DNA of 64,000 nucleotides, taken from Eledone cirrhosa (Eukaryota). Of the stretch, positions 12,588 through 24,030 are shown piece by piece; within the stretch, counting starts at the first letter, position 1, and each line of letters starts with the position of its first letter. The notes under the pieces were generated by a model that saw only the letters and a list, made by a program, of their open reading frames with translations, made no database searches and was not told where the DNA came from. A program made the position numbers and the translations under genes. Where the stretch lies: NCBI GenBank assembly GCA_964016885.1, contig OZ024740.1, positions 197,532,001 to 197,596,000 of the forward strand, in the 5' to 3' direction.

Positions 12588-13113
12588 TATACATTATGTC
12601 AACACCATAACATGCTAACCATCCAAACAGGCACATACACACACACATAACACCTGCTACTTTAGAAAATAACAACCCGAACTAAATAAACCTTAACATG
12701 CGTTTGCGCTGACAATACAACAGAACAAATACGAATAAGTAAGGAAAATATGTTCCTTCAAAAATATTCCTATTAAAGGAATCATTTTCCTACACACACA
12801 CACACACACAATATATATATATATTCTCTTCATCTTAACATGCTAACCATACTCCCACACACACATAACACCCATACACACACATAACCCCCCCAAACGC
12901 ATAACACCCATACACACACATAACCCCCCCCCACACACACAACTCCCTCCTCCATTTCTACTAATAGAATCACTTTCCTACACACATATATACACACACA
13001 AAATATATATATTCTCTCCATCTTAACATACTTTTACACACACACACATAACACCCATACACACACACACACAACTCCCTCCCCCATTTCTACTAATAGA
13101 ATCATCTTCCAAT

Positions 13114-13145
<32 letters not shown>

Positions 13146-13340
13146 ACACACACAAGCACACAAATAAACATACATATCTTTACTTTCTTTATTTCAATAG
13201 AAAATCTGAATTCTGACACCCCAGCGAACTAACCATATTCACTGAACCAGAACAATTCTCCCATCCAATTTCTCTTGACCATTATCTTTTGCTTGTCATA
13301 AAATTCTCTAAAAAGGCTACAGAATAGATTTCCAAATAAG

Positions 13341-13645
13341 GGCGCGAAAATTTAATGAAAACTTGTTCACGTGACAGCCATAATTTCATTTATAACCAAT
13401 CAAATTACGTTTATTAAAAAAAAAGCCTTGGTGAGCCCCTTTGTTTTAAGTAAAAAGAAATTCAAACACTCATATACAAAAAAACAACCTGTGTGTCCCC
13501 CCCTTGTTTGAAGAACTTTGTAACGCGAACTGGCGCGAAATTTATTATAATTATTGACCAACCAATCAAATTACTTCTCTAAAAACCTGGCTTTTCGAGC
13601 CACTTTTTCCATATAAAACAAGTAACATTCAAAGACCAACCAGAT
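13341..13645 (+). promoter_or_regulatory. Putative pLTR promoter: two GGCGCGAAA (E2F-like) + CCAAT modules and a TATA box
   Basis: GGCGCGAAA at 13341 and 13532; CCAAT at 13396 and 13562; TATAAAA at 13612. Confidence 0.45.
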
Positions 13646-13709
13646 GTGAGAAAAACCAGTTGCATTTTCGATTTCATCTTTTTTTGTTTATATATATATA
13701 TATATATGT

Positions 13710-13820
13710 AAACTGCTTCTGCAGTTTCCATCTACTAAATTCGACTTTAAGCATTGTTCAACCCAAGGCTATAGTAGAAGACACTTGACCAAGGTGCCAC
13801 AAAGCGGGACTGAACCACAC
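13710..13820 (-). mobile_element. SINE fragment (family B)
   Basis: Its reverse complement resembles the outer SINE at 20135-20605. Confidence 0.55.
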
Positions 13821-14149
13821 AGCCTTGCCTGTGCCAATGCAGCTATTTATACTTATTTATCTATTTTAGGTATTTATTTATTTTATTTCTTTATCTTTTA
13901 TTTCATAAATTTTCTATTTTGTCTTATCTGGAAATACATTTTAACCAACAAATTTCAATTGGATTATGTTTGCAATAAAAAAAATTAAATACTGAAAATA
14001 AAGGAAAGAGGGGATAGACCGGCAGAGTCTACACTCCCGTCTAGGTGGTATAACTCAGTTGCTCCTGCAAACAATAGCTAGCGATACTAGCTGTATCAGA
14101 TTCTCCACCGCACAGGTACCTTCCTTAGGTAGAGTGCACTCCTCGCAAT

Positions 14150-14445
14150 TTTGCGTAGGAAACGACAGTTTAGTGGCTGAGGACACGAGAAGTCTCGATG
14201 GTGACCGATGCGAAAAGGAGCAGTCGGTCGAATCTCGATATTTGGTTATCTTTGCTCCCTATTACGAGCAGCAGTGCCCAGGTTTGTAGCCGAAATGACA
14301 AGTTTTAGAAGCAGAGAACGTGTCATAACACGTGGCGTCCCACATAAGAGATTTATCTTCTCTGATCAGGAGTAGAGTTATTCCGTCTGGGCGCTTACCA
14401 TCAACACAGTCGCGGCCGGCAAGCTCCCAAATGTGACGGGAAAGC
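14150..14445 (-). mobile_element. CRE-like non-LTR retrotransposon fragment (restriction-like endonuclease domain)
   Basis: Hand translation of the minus strand gives [10 protein letters not shown]...[10 protein letters not shown]...AARNREQ.KITKY...IETS, with frameshifts. Confidence 0.75.
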
Positions 14446-14449
14446 GGCT

Positions 14450-14873
14450 ATGTCGAGAGATCCTATCTGCACTCTGGCGACAAGAGAGCCGATGCAGTCA
14501 GAACATCCCTTCCATCCCCAGATGTTGATTGTTACTTCTTATCAGAAGAGTGCCATCCCTTCAATGAACATTGCACGATCACGTGGACGGACGCAGGTGA
14601 CTTTTCAGACCCGCTTTTGTTTTGCAGGTACGTTCACAGATGTGTCACTTGAACTGCCTGTCTTCTGGTAAAACCGGCTGGGGGTTTGTCTTCAGTAATT
14701 TTACCATATCTGGTTAGTTCATCCACTGACTTGCAAATTAAGCCACACTCACTGCAAATGTACTGTGGAGTGTGTGGCGGTAGAAGCATCTCGCAGTTGG
14801 CTCGATTTCTCCCCGGTTCGTGTGATTTCAGATGGTTAACAAAACCAGCTCGTGTCAGAAGAAATCGGCCACA
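14450..14873 (-). mobile_element. RTE-like LINE 3' fragment with C2H2-like terminal motifs
   Basis: CGRFLLTRAGFVNHLKSH and YICSECGLICKS resemble RTE ORF C-termini. Confidence 0.55.
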
Positions 14874-14890
14874 CATTATATTATAGTATT

Positions 14891-15163
14891 TATAAAATAA
14901 AGTACCAGTAATGCACTGGGTAAATTGCCGGCCTTGTGCCAAAAGTAGAAACAATTATATTATAGTATTCGTAGCAAGGCGGTGGATTGGCAGAATCGGT
15001 AGAGCGTTGGACATCATACTTTGTAGCATAGAGTTATGGCCCTTTACGGTCTGAGTTCAAATCCCACCAAGGTCAACTTTGCTTTTCATTTTTACGGGGT
15101 AGATGAAATAAAGTATCAATAATGCACTGGGTAATTGCTGGCATTGTGCCCAAAGTAGAAACA
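14891..15163 (+). mobile_element. Tandem SINE family A copies (3' fragment 14891-14953; full copy ~14977-15163)
   Basis: B-box GAGTTCAAATCCC; ATTATATTATAGTATT occurs three times (14875, 14954, 15164). Confidence 0.85.
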
Positions 15164-15902
15164 ATTATATTATAGTATTTATTTATTCAGTTAGTTCCTT
15201 CTATATATTATTTCATTAATTAACCATTAATTATATATTTATTATTTAGTTTATATATATTTTATCTTATTCAGCTAATTTCAACCCTCTATGATATGCG
15301 AATTGTTCTTTTTTCATGAGAGTGACACTCTTTTCTTACATTTTAAACAAAAGAAGACTCACAGAAATATGTGGCATGCTTTAAATATTTTGAAAGTTAG
15401 CATTTGATATCATAGAACTGGTTTAATCATAGCCAACGCAATACCCGCCGGCAAAAGAACACTTCAAAATTGTACAAGATCTTTCAAAGATTTGAAGTTC
15501 TCTATTTCAAGAACACTTCCCTCTCTCTCACTCACTCCCACTTTCTCTCTCACTCTCGTACTCACGTCGATTCTCTCTCATATTAATTAACCCTTGAATT
15601 TTCTCCTTTAATTTAGAAGTACCGCAACTAACATTATCAGGACATTCCAGTAAATTCCAACCGCAAAGATGTATATATTCTTGCAGTCATCATTCTTTTC
15701 CATCTCACATAAATTTACGAACATTATGGTTTAGGCTGTCATTTTGTATCGATATATTCTTCCATTCCATCTTGATTTTTTGAAAATAATTGGCATCTCC
15801 CTTTCTAAAAACATCTGATGAAAAATGTACATGTGCATAATTATATATACTGTACATATCACCCCATATATATATATATGTATATATACACATATATATA
15901 CA

Positions 15903-16021
<119 letters not shown>

Positions 16022-16100
16022 AAGGGGTAGAGTTTGTTTGAAGTATTAAGGAATACAAAAGTACAAAGTGGGTAGGTTTAGGAAGCCGTACAATGCAAGT

Positions 16101-16350
16101 GGGTTAGAATTACCAAGGCAACAAGTCAGAAAATGAACAGTGGGCAAGAAGATAATCTTTAATTTCTCCAAAGCCCCGTTACGAACCCGCCTTGATAATA
16201 AATGGTAAATCCGATAACTTTTTAGATTAATAAATTACTAAGGTAACCTTCAGTCATTCTTGTCCTTATTTTCCTTCTTCTCTTACTTTTTGCCTTCTAC
16301 CCCATCTCTCTCAATTCCCTTCCGACTTGTTGCGTTGGTAATTGTAACCC
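16101..16350. mobile_element. Possible MITE with ~30-bp imperfect terminal inverted repeats
   Basis: GGGTTAGAATTACCAAGGCAACAAGTC versus GACTTGTTGCGTTGGTAATTGTAACCC. Confidence 0.4.
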
Positions 16351-16356
16351 CCCACT

Positions 16357-16490
16357 CCCCGAGGTTAACTTTGTCTTTCATCCTTACGGAGTCGATAAAA
16401 TAAAGCACCAGTAACGTACTGGGGTCGATTTAATCGACTTTCCCCTCCATCCAAATTATTGGCCTGGTGCTTATAGTAGAAATCATTATA
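16357..16490 (+). mobile_element. SINE family A, 3' half
   Basis: TTAACTTTGTCTTTCATCCTTACGGAGTCGATAAAA...GGCCTGGTGC. Confidence 0.75.
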
Positions 16491-17349
16491 TTACCACCAG
16501 TAACAGCCATACGTCACCAACGAAATCAGCGACAACAACATCACAACCAACAGCACCAGCTCCAACACAAGAAGCAACAAAAAACAGCCGTATCAGCGCT
16601 AATACTCCCAGCAGTGCTGGGGTTGGTATTTGGCATTGGCGATAAGGTCCTTTTATCGCTAATTTCGTAATTTGGGTAAAAAAACAACAAAACCAACGAT
16701 CACAACAACAGCACCAAAACAAACGACGGCCATCACAATAACAACAACAATGCCAACACCGGCGAGAACCACACCCGGCCCAGGACAATAGCCCATATAG
16801 TAGGAGTACAGAATATGTTGTTAATAGTGTTTTCTTTATTAACCACACACGGCTACATTAAACAAACATTAACGATACTTAAAACTACAATGTCAGTTTT
16901 TTCGTGTAAAAAATCATAACGAAAACAAAGAAACACATAAAAAATTCAAACAAAAACAAATTACCCAATAGGGGGAGACATCCACCACGACCTTTTTCGC
17001 CATGGCCACCAGGGAGATACGAACTGCCTATCCTTCCTCTCTGAGGGAAAGCGGCGGGGTGATCGTCACAATGGACTTAGCTGATAATCAGATCCGTCCT
17101 ACACTTCACAGCAGGTTTTTGACATAAACCCAACAAATTTAGACCATAAGAGTTACCATAGAGAGAAACAAGCCAGCTTGAAAATTGTTGGTTTAGTCAC
17201 AAAACAATATATAATGTTTTGACAAATATGCTTTAAAAACACGTAAACTAATAAACTTACTCTATCGATTTGTACCACGTCTCGTATTACAATAATAACA
17301 ACAACAATAATACACACACACACTGAACAATAATAAGAACAACAATAAT

Positions 17350-17381
<32 letters not shown>

Positions 17382-17510
17382 AGACCGCACACACAGATTT
17401 AAGTTGAATAAAACCAGGATCCAATTATAATATTTAATTTAAAGATAAAAATAGACAAGACGGGATTTTTGGCTCACCCTATATACATATATATAGGAAA
17501 ATGTTCAAGA

Positions 17511-17602
17511 CCCAGACGGCAGAGCTCAAGCCGTTTCGACGGCTATTTCTGGACTAAATTAGAATTTTAGCGTGGTAATAAATAGCCGAACTTTTCAAGG
17601 GG
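17511..17602 (-). ncRNA. Hammerhead ribozyme motif with U3:A8 core and extended stems II and III
   Basis: cccc-TTGAAAA-gttCGGCTATTT-[31 nt]-AAATAGCCGtc-GAAA-CGGC-loop-GCCG-TC-tggg (gggg in the 19607-19610 copy). Confidence 0.72.
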
Positions 17603-18299
17603 TAATTCCTTATATGGGAAGATTGTAGTTGTCAAATGGATTGGTCAAAATTTCTTGTAAACACAATTAAATCTTTCATGGTGGTGGGTGGGAGGTGGGG
17701 GTGGCTGAACCTGCCTGGAGAACAATGAGGGAGTGGGTGGAGCCGGTCAAGCGTTGAAAGTGAATTCTATACAGCAAATTCTAAGGAATGTGTATGAAAT
17801 TAGGCTAGCTAGAAAGCAGGTGAAAAAAGAATTCTGGAGGAACCTGAGAGTGGGAAGTAATAAAATTAAAAAGTTAATAAATTGAGATTAAAAAATTAAA
17901 AATAATAAATAAAAATAGTAATAATATAAAAAAATTAAATAATAGAAAATATAATTAAAAAAAAACAAAGAAAAATTAAGTCCAAAGCAACTGCTATATT
18001 TTTAGCTGGAAATGCGTTTTCAGCCAATGCTATATAGAATTTACTGGGGTGGGGGTTCTGAGGCTACAAAAGCCCGATGGGCTGCCTCAGGGTAGGAAAA
18101 AGGAAAAGGAAGAGGAGAGGGAGTGGAAGGAAGTGAGAAGAAGAGATAAAGGGAAAAAAGAAAAGAAGTACATCTACCTATGTATGCTGGGGTTTCCCCT
18201 ATCTTGTTCGGCAAGTGTGGAAAAGAAGGATGTTGCAACCATTGTCTACCCACGCGGGTCATGAAGGTGTTTGAGGACGAGGTAAGTCCTACGCAATGT

Positions 18300-19565
18300 T
18301 TACATGCAGTTATAAGTTCGTCTTTTTTGTTTAGGAGTTAGTCCTTCGTAAACAGCATTTGTATTGTTTCCTCCGAGCATAAGTTACACGGACGTGTAGG
18401 AGTTAGCCCTGGAAAGTAAGCTCCAAGTAAGATGGTATGTGATGTTATCTTGGAGATCCCAGATGTGGCCCGAAAGTGTAGTGGCATGACGCCGGGCTGG
18501 GTTTCTGAACGTATGTCGGTGTTGGTAGAGCCGGGTTTTAAAGACACAAGTGGTTACTCCTATATAGGCGCTGTTGGAGTTTTCCGTCCTCACGTTGCAT
18601 TGGTAGATCACGTTACGTTCTCAGCATTTGTTGTTGAGGGGGCACGTAGATCTATCAGGGCAGTTACACCTCCTGGTCGGCTCTCCACTAATGTCTAGGT
18701 TGTTTCTTCCATAGGAATTGAGTTTCTTCTTGTTTGAGGAGATGATGTTTTGTGCGAGGTTGGGTGTGGTGCTGTAGGAGAGTTTGATAATGTTTTTGTT
18801 GATTATGTTGTGGTAGCGGTGTTGTGGTGGGAAGTGTTTTTCGAGGAGCCTAAAGAAGATTTTCCCGATTGGTGTTGCAACCTCGGCATTGTCGGGAGGG
18901 TTGAACCACGTTACAAGGCGTGAGCGACGGCGTCGCCTGCTGGTTCCGCTTAGCGAAGCTGGATAAAAGGAGATTTCTTCCCGAAAGCCGTTTCGCTTGA
19001 GGGCCTGATTGTAGTAAGGTGCATATTCATCGATAACTGCTCATTAGCGGACAAACGAGATATGCGGAGGGAGATGTTTTTAACCAGGTTATTGGTGAAG
19101 TTTCTAGGATGGTTAGAGCGGCGGTGGATGTAGTGTAGGTCGTCGTTTGGTTTCCTGTATGGGTAGTACAGATCATTTTCGAGGTTAAGGGTAACGTCCA
19201 GGAAATTGACTCGGGTTAGGGACGTTTGTAGGGTCATTTTAAATCCCCAATCCCGGAAGAAGTTGATTAGTTGTTTACGGACCCGGTCTGTACTACTGGG
19301 GTTGTACCATTTGAGGGTGAGGAGCCCATCGTCTCGGTACAATCCACCGCTGAATGCAGGAAATATTTCGGTGAGTTTAAATAGTAGGAATAATCCTATA
19401 AGATCTGTGACTTCGGACGAATCTGTCGCGCCCATTCTGACGTCGAAGGGGGAGTCGGGAGCTCTCTTTATCCACTTGGAGTTGTCGAAAAGTAGGATTG
19501 TCTTCCTGGCGTGGAGAATGATATTTCTTTCCTGGTCAGTGATGGGTGTGAGTGTTTCGGCAAAG
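18300..19565 (-). pseudogene. PLE RT-endonuclease remnant with frameshifts and stops
   Basis: ORFs 18950-19435 and 18384-18611 plus the intervening translated frame. Confidence 0.85.
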
Positions 19566-20134
19566 TGTCCAGAAATAGCCGTCGAAACGGCTTGAGCTCT
19601 GCCGTCGGGGTCATACTTTTTCCTATATATATATATATACTTGATTACAACTAACGAAACATGGTTTCCAATATATGGAAAGTTATAGTCAATTATATCG
19701 TGCTAGTACTTGAGTGGAAATTAATTTCATCGACTCCTTAAGGATGAAAACAAATATAACAGAATTCCGATGGAATTTGAACTCAGATTATAAAAGGTCG
19801 TAACTAATTGCCGCAAGGCATTTTGTTTGGCTGTATGTATTTATACCTAGCGTGTGACGCATACCTATAGGAATGAAAGTAGATCCACATATATAATGTG
19901 TAAATTGATATCAGGTGAAGAATTTAGTTTCCATTAACTTAATTGTTCTCAGAATGTACCTGGTGTGTTACAGCAAAAGGAACTTATCTAGTTGGCTAAT
20001 CGCCAAATGCCTTTAACCAATTCCAAATACCCGTTTGGCATTGATTCTAAATGATAAGATTTCTGGGAACAGGCTTGGATAAGTTTATAAGAAATTTTAG
20101 TTTCGGTCTACTAGCAGTTTGTTATTTTGGACGC

Positions 20135-20605
20135 AGGCAGAAATGCGTGGTTAAGAAGTTTGCTCCACAAACATGAGCTTCCGGGTTTGGTTGCAGTGTA
20201 TGGCATCTTAGATAAATAACTTTACCATAGCTTAAGGTTGACCTGAAGGTGGTGGCTTTGTGGTTAAGATATTCAGCTCAAAACCGTAAGGTCGTGAGTT
20301 TCATTCCCGGCGGCGCTTTGAGCAAGATACTTTTTTTTATGTTGTTCCAGTCCACTCAGCTGGCAAAAATGAGTTGCATCTGTAATTCGAAGGGCCAGCC
20401 TTGTCACGTTCGGTGTCACACTGAATCTCCCAGAGAACTAGTTAGAGGTACGTATGTCTATGGAATGCTCAGCCACTTGCACTTTAATTTCACGATCGGA
20501 TCAATTGGAACACTCGTCGTCGTAACCAACGTATTGCCACTAAAGTACAAGGTTGACCTAAGCCTTGTAAGTGAAATTGGGTAGACAGAAACTGTGTGGA
20601 AGCTT
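20135..20605 (+). mobile_element. Nested SINEs: family C (20245-20548) inserted in family B with an 11-bp TSD
   Basis: AAGGTTGACCT at 20234-20244 and 20549-20559; the inner element has a tRNA-like head (TGGCTTTGTGGTTAAG...GAGTTTCATTCCC). Confidence 0.75.
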
Positions 20606-20822
20606 GCAGGATGGATTGTTTTATGGCATTTGGTCCGGCTCTCTGCTCTCGGAGTTCAACTTTGTCTTTCATCGTTTCGAGGTCGATAAAAAAAAGTACC
20701 AGTATAGTACTGGGTCGATTCTTCCTCTATATTTCTTTCTCATTTCCTCTCTTTCTCTGGAAGAAATGTGCTTTACTCAGGCCTGGAGAGGGATGGTCCC
20801 CGCCACACACATGCAACCCCCC

Positions 20823-20942
<120 letters not shown>

Positions 20943-20966
20943 TGTAATTCCTTAAAAGGTTTATTA

Positions 20967-21022
20967 TACTATAATCATTTCAATGACCGGGTTCTGTATC
21001 AATCCGGTGACATCATCAGGTA
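20967..21022 (-). ncRNA. Hammerhead ribozyme motif (solo pLTR fragment next to (TA)n)
   Basis: Minus strand reads tac-CTGATGA-tgtcACCGG..CCGGTcatt-GAAA-tgatta-TA-gta. Confidence 0.72.
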
Positions 21023-21751
21023 TTCGAAATATAACAAAGGAATATAATAGACAAAATCCATGGGGCTGAAAATCAGAGACATGAGGGCGACGGAACATTT
21101 AGCAGCTTCTACCCCAGTCGGCCGCCCTCAAGTGGTGATTATTAAGCCTACTTATGTCCATCTGGTGAAGGGGTGTAGGCTTATAGTGTACTACTACCAC
21201 TCCGTCAAAGACAGAGGCCAGCGTTGAGGTCAGGTCACAATCAAGCTGGTCATGCGTGCTAGAAAGAGCCGCGAAAAATACTTTATCAAAGAACATATAT
21301 TTTTAACAAATCTATATATAGTAATATATAGTGGGCGTCTGCATGGTATAATGTATGGACAGAAATTACGATTAACAATTAGAAACGTTAAATTTATGTT
21401 TAGAGTCAGAAGATGCCATTTTAGATGAAATTAAAAAAATAAGGTTTGAAATTGTGAGATTTAGTTAAAGAATTTACAGAAGGAGGCTTTTATGAAAAAG
21501 TTTAAGTGTATTATAGATAGTCACGATAAAGTTTCAGGGTAGATTATAGAGAAAAGATTAAGCCCATGCTTAGCGGTCAATAACCAGCGACGTGGAGGAC
21601 TCGCTGCCACACCACCAACTACACAAACGAAGTTGCATTACGTTGAGTGCTCTCCATAATATTACATCGAGGTTGACCATACGGAATGACCAGTTCTATC
21701 CAGTGGTGAACCAACAAACCTAAATAAATAAATAAATTAATAAATAAATAA

Positions 21752-21821
<70 letters not shown>

Positions 21822-21824
<3 letters not shown>

Positions 21825-22055
21825 TGTATTTGTAAAGCCAAAACAATGCAGGTATGGATATAGAATATAAATGCAAATGCAAAAGATATTGTTGACAATT
21901 AGTCTTTTACCTTAAATAAATTTAAGGTAAAAGACTAATTGTCAACAATATCTTTTGCATTTGCATTTATATTCTATATCCATACCTGCATTGTTTTGGC
22001 TTTACAAATACAAACGTTTATACCTCATTACACAATACTTCAAGTGAACTATAAC

Positions 22056-22058
<3 letters not shown>
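21822..22058. mobile_element. Fold-back pLTR fragment (96-bp arms 21822-21917 / 21920-22015, 2-nt loop) plus tail
   Basis: Arms appear perfectly complementary; same family as 3452-3640 and 5434-5858. Confidence 0.85.
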
Positions 22059-22130
<72 letters not shown>

Positions 22131-22452
22131 TAGCAGTTTAGCCCGGCGCTGCTCGGGTTTGTTCATTTGCTATGAAAAGTTACATACAGGTAAACGTGGC
22201 TTGAAAGCGAATAAGTTTATCAATTAAGTGCATAAAGCATTTGAACCGGTTATTAAAAGTTACGAACCAATTACCATTTTGGACAATCAATGATGGGTTA
22301 ATAATCTTCCAATAGCAAATTTAGCAGACCAAAGTTGCAAGATGGTGGCCCTGATGCCGCTGGGTGTCAGATTTGTCTGCCATGGGTGACCCTACCAGGA
22401 AATAGTTTTCCAGACGGCATAGCTCCAACACCTCCAACACCTGCACCAACAT

Positions 22453-22720
22453 CTATAGCACCTCTTTGTAGACGATATTGCGTGTCATCCCTTGAGGAGT
22501 GTAAGCAAAAAGTCCATTCCTGCTCCCTACCTGGGAACAGGCAACATAAAGTTGGCCATGGGAGAAGCATGGCTCCCTCAAATAGATACCCGCCACCGAC
22601 AATGTTTGCCCTTGTGATTTGTTAATGGACATGGCAAAAGATAGTCTCACCGGAAATTGGGATCGCCGGAAATCGAACGGGATATCTGACGCCGAGGGGA
22701 AAAGGATCATTCTTGGCTGT
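22453..22720 (-). pseudogene. Helitron PIF1-like helicase C-terminal fragment
   Basis: RSQFPVRLSFAMSINKSQGQTL..GIYL..PCFSHGQLYVACS...TRNIVYKEVL*. Confidence 0.9.
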
Positions 22721-22943
22721 GTATTCGGCAGAATTTCCAAAAGTACAACACTATGGGTGTTATCATATTAATATTTAACCAATGAAAGTCGTAAAAAATA
22801 AATAATTTAAACATTCCGATTCATATGTCTATAGCATTAATCTGTTATATGAAGTGTTATTTTGCGGGCTATTATTTGCAATAAGCCGATTTAAAATACC
22901 CCAGAAAAGCCGTATGTCAATACGGAACTCCAATGACTCCCCC

Positions 22944-23266
22944 AGCAGTTAAATTATAGAGAGGGGGAATAATCTATTATAGAGACAGGGAAGAGCGATG
23001 GAGAGAGTAAAGCTAAGATACTATAGGGAGGTGTGTAAAACAGTGTTGTCATATAGAGAGTGAAGAGCGACAGAGAGAGTAAAGCAGTTAAATTATAGAG
23101 AGGGGGAATAATCTATTATAGAGAGAGGGAAGAGCGACGGAGAGAGTAAAGCTAAGAAACTATAGGGAGGTGTGTTAAACCTTAAAGCATAAAGAGAGTA
23201 AAGCAGTTAAATTATAGAGAGGGGGAATGATCTATTATAGAGAGAGGGAAGAGCGACGGAGAGAGC
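22944..23266. repeat. About 2.5 copies of a ~120-140-bp tandem repeat inside the Helitron
   Basis: AGCAGTTAAATTATAGAGAGGGGGAAT starts at 22944, 23083 and 23202. Confidence 0.85.
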
Positions 23267-23547
23267 ATTATGACTCTGTTTGTTGTATAAAATGATGTGT
23301 TGCTTAGTTTTCAAAGTTTATGTCGCGTTCCTGAACGAAGTTTTGTCGCTGTTGGGTAAGAGAGCGGGTTACAACATGTATTTAGTTTTATCGATTTTCT
23401 TCATAGAAGCAGGAAAGTTTTGGCAAAGTTTATTATGCGGTGACCATCGTTGGTAAATTTGGAGCACATTGGAAAAAAATCACCAGAATCGGTAGAGAAA
23501 TGTGGAGATGTATAAAAATCATACACACGCACAGACAGACATCTTTC

Positions 23548-23622
<75 letters not shown>

Positions 23623-24030
23623 TAAAGAATGAAACAGTTCTAGTCCTGTAGAATCTCATCTATATTAAAACTTTTATACTCTGCTATGTATTGGGTACCT
23701 TACTTACTGTGGTTACCTCCGATTCAACCCGGAATAACTTACCTATATATATATATATACATACATACATATACATATACCCTTATATGTACATGATTAT
23801 ATAATATGATAGTTTTATTATCCATGGAATAAAATGGCATTGACTTGGAAGTTTCGGCGAAAAAAGGCAACTCATCATATGTATTGTGTACTTATTCAGT
23901 TAATATTTGACCCTTCTATGTATGCGCACAAATAAACACCTACTCTCGCTATTGTATAGCAAATGACTGTAATTTCAGTTATTTTCTGCGCTTGAGTTTC
24001 CTACATCTTAAATATATATATATATATATA

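Larger units (their letters stand above)
11581..13690 (+). mobile_element. 5'-truncated Penelope-like element (Neptune-like): RT thumb, GIY-YIG and 3' region
   Basis: LPFLD..HYKPTD..SNHP (RT C-terminus), then FTCSSKNLI*AIKCKGC..YIGQT..HRQ..HLDIC; flanked by (TA)n at both ends. Confidence 0.88.
17494..19625 (-). mobile_element. Penelope-like retroelement (RT + GIY-YIG, CxCx5C linker) with inverted 5' partial pLTR
   Basis: Motifs MGATDS..YRDDG..FLDV, WFNPP, CNCPDRSTCP and VIY..YIG. 19567-19625 is an inverted copy of 17494-17555. (TA)n lies on both sides. Confidence 0.92.
22130..23560 (-). mobile_element. Non-autonomous Helitron retaining the RepHel helicase C-terminus
   Basis: The minus-strand 3' end has hairpin CCCGAGCAGCGCCGGG followed by CTAG (22130-22133). 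A PIF1-like fragment lies on the same strand. The 5' end merges into (TA)n. Confidence 0.85.

Noticed and set aside
16486-16848. Cys/Gln-rich ORFs
   Set aside because: They derive from a degenerate (CAA/CAG)n tract next to a SINE tail.
18619-18630. In-frame TGA next to the PLE Cys motif as selenocysteine (as in Naiad PLEs)
   Set aside because: The TGA aligns with a non-Cys residue (M in the 8520-11569 element), the copy has other disruptions, the endonuclease is C-terminal, and I recognised no SECIS.
22453-22740. Host PIF1 helicase gene
   Set aside because: Only the C-terminal tail is present, ending TRNIVYKEVL, inside an element with a Helitron hairpin-CTAG terminus.
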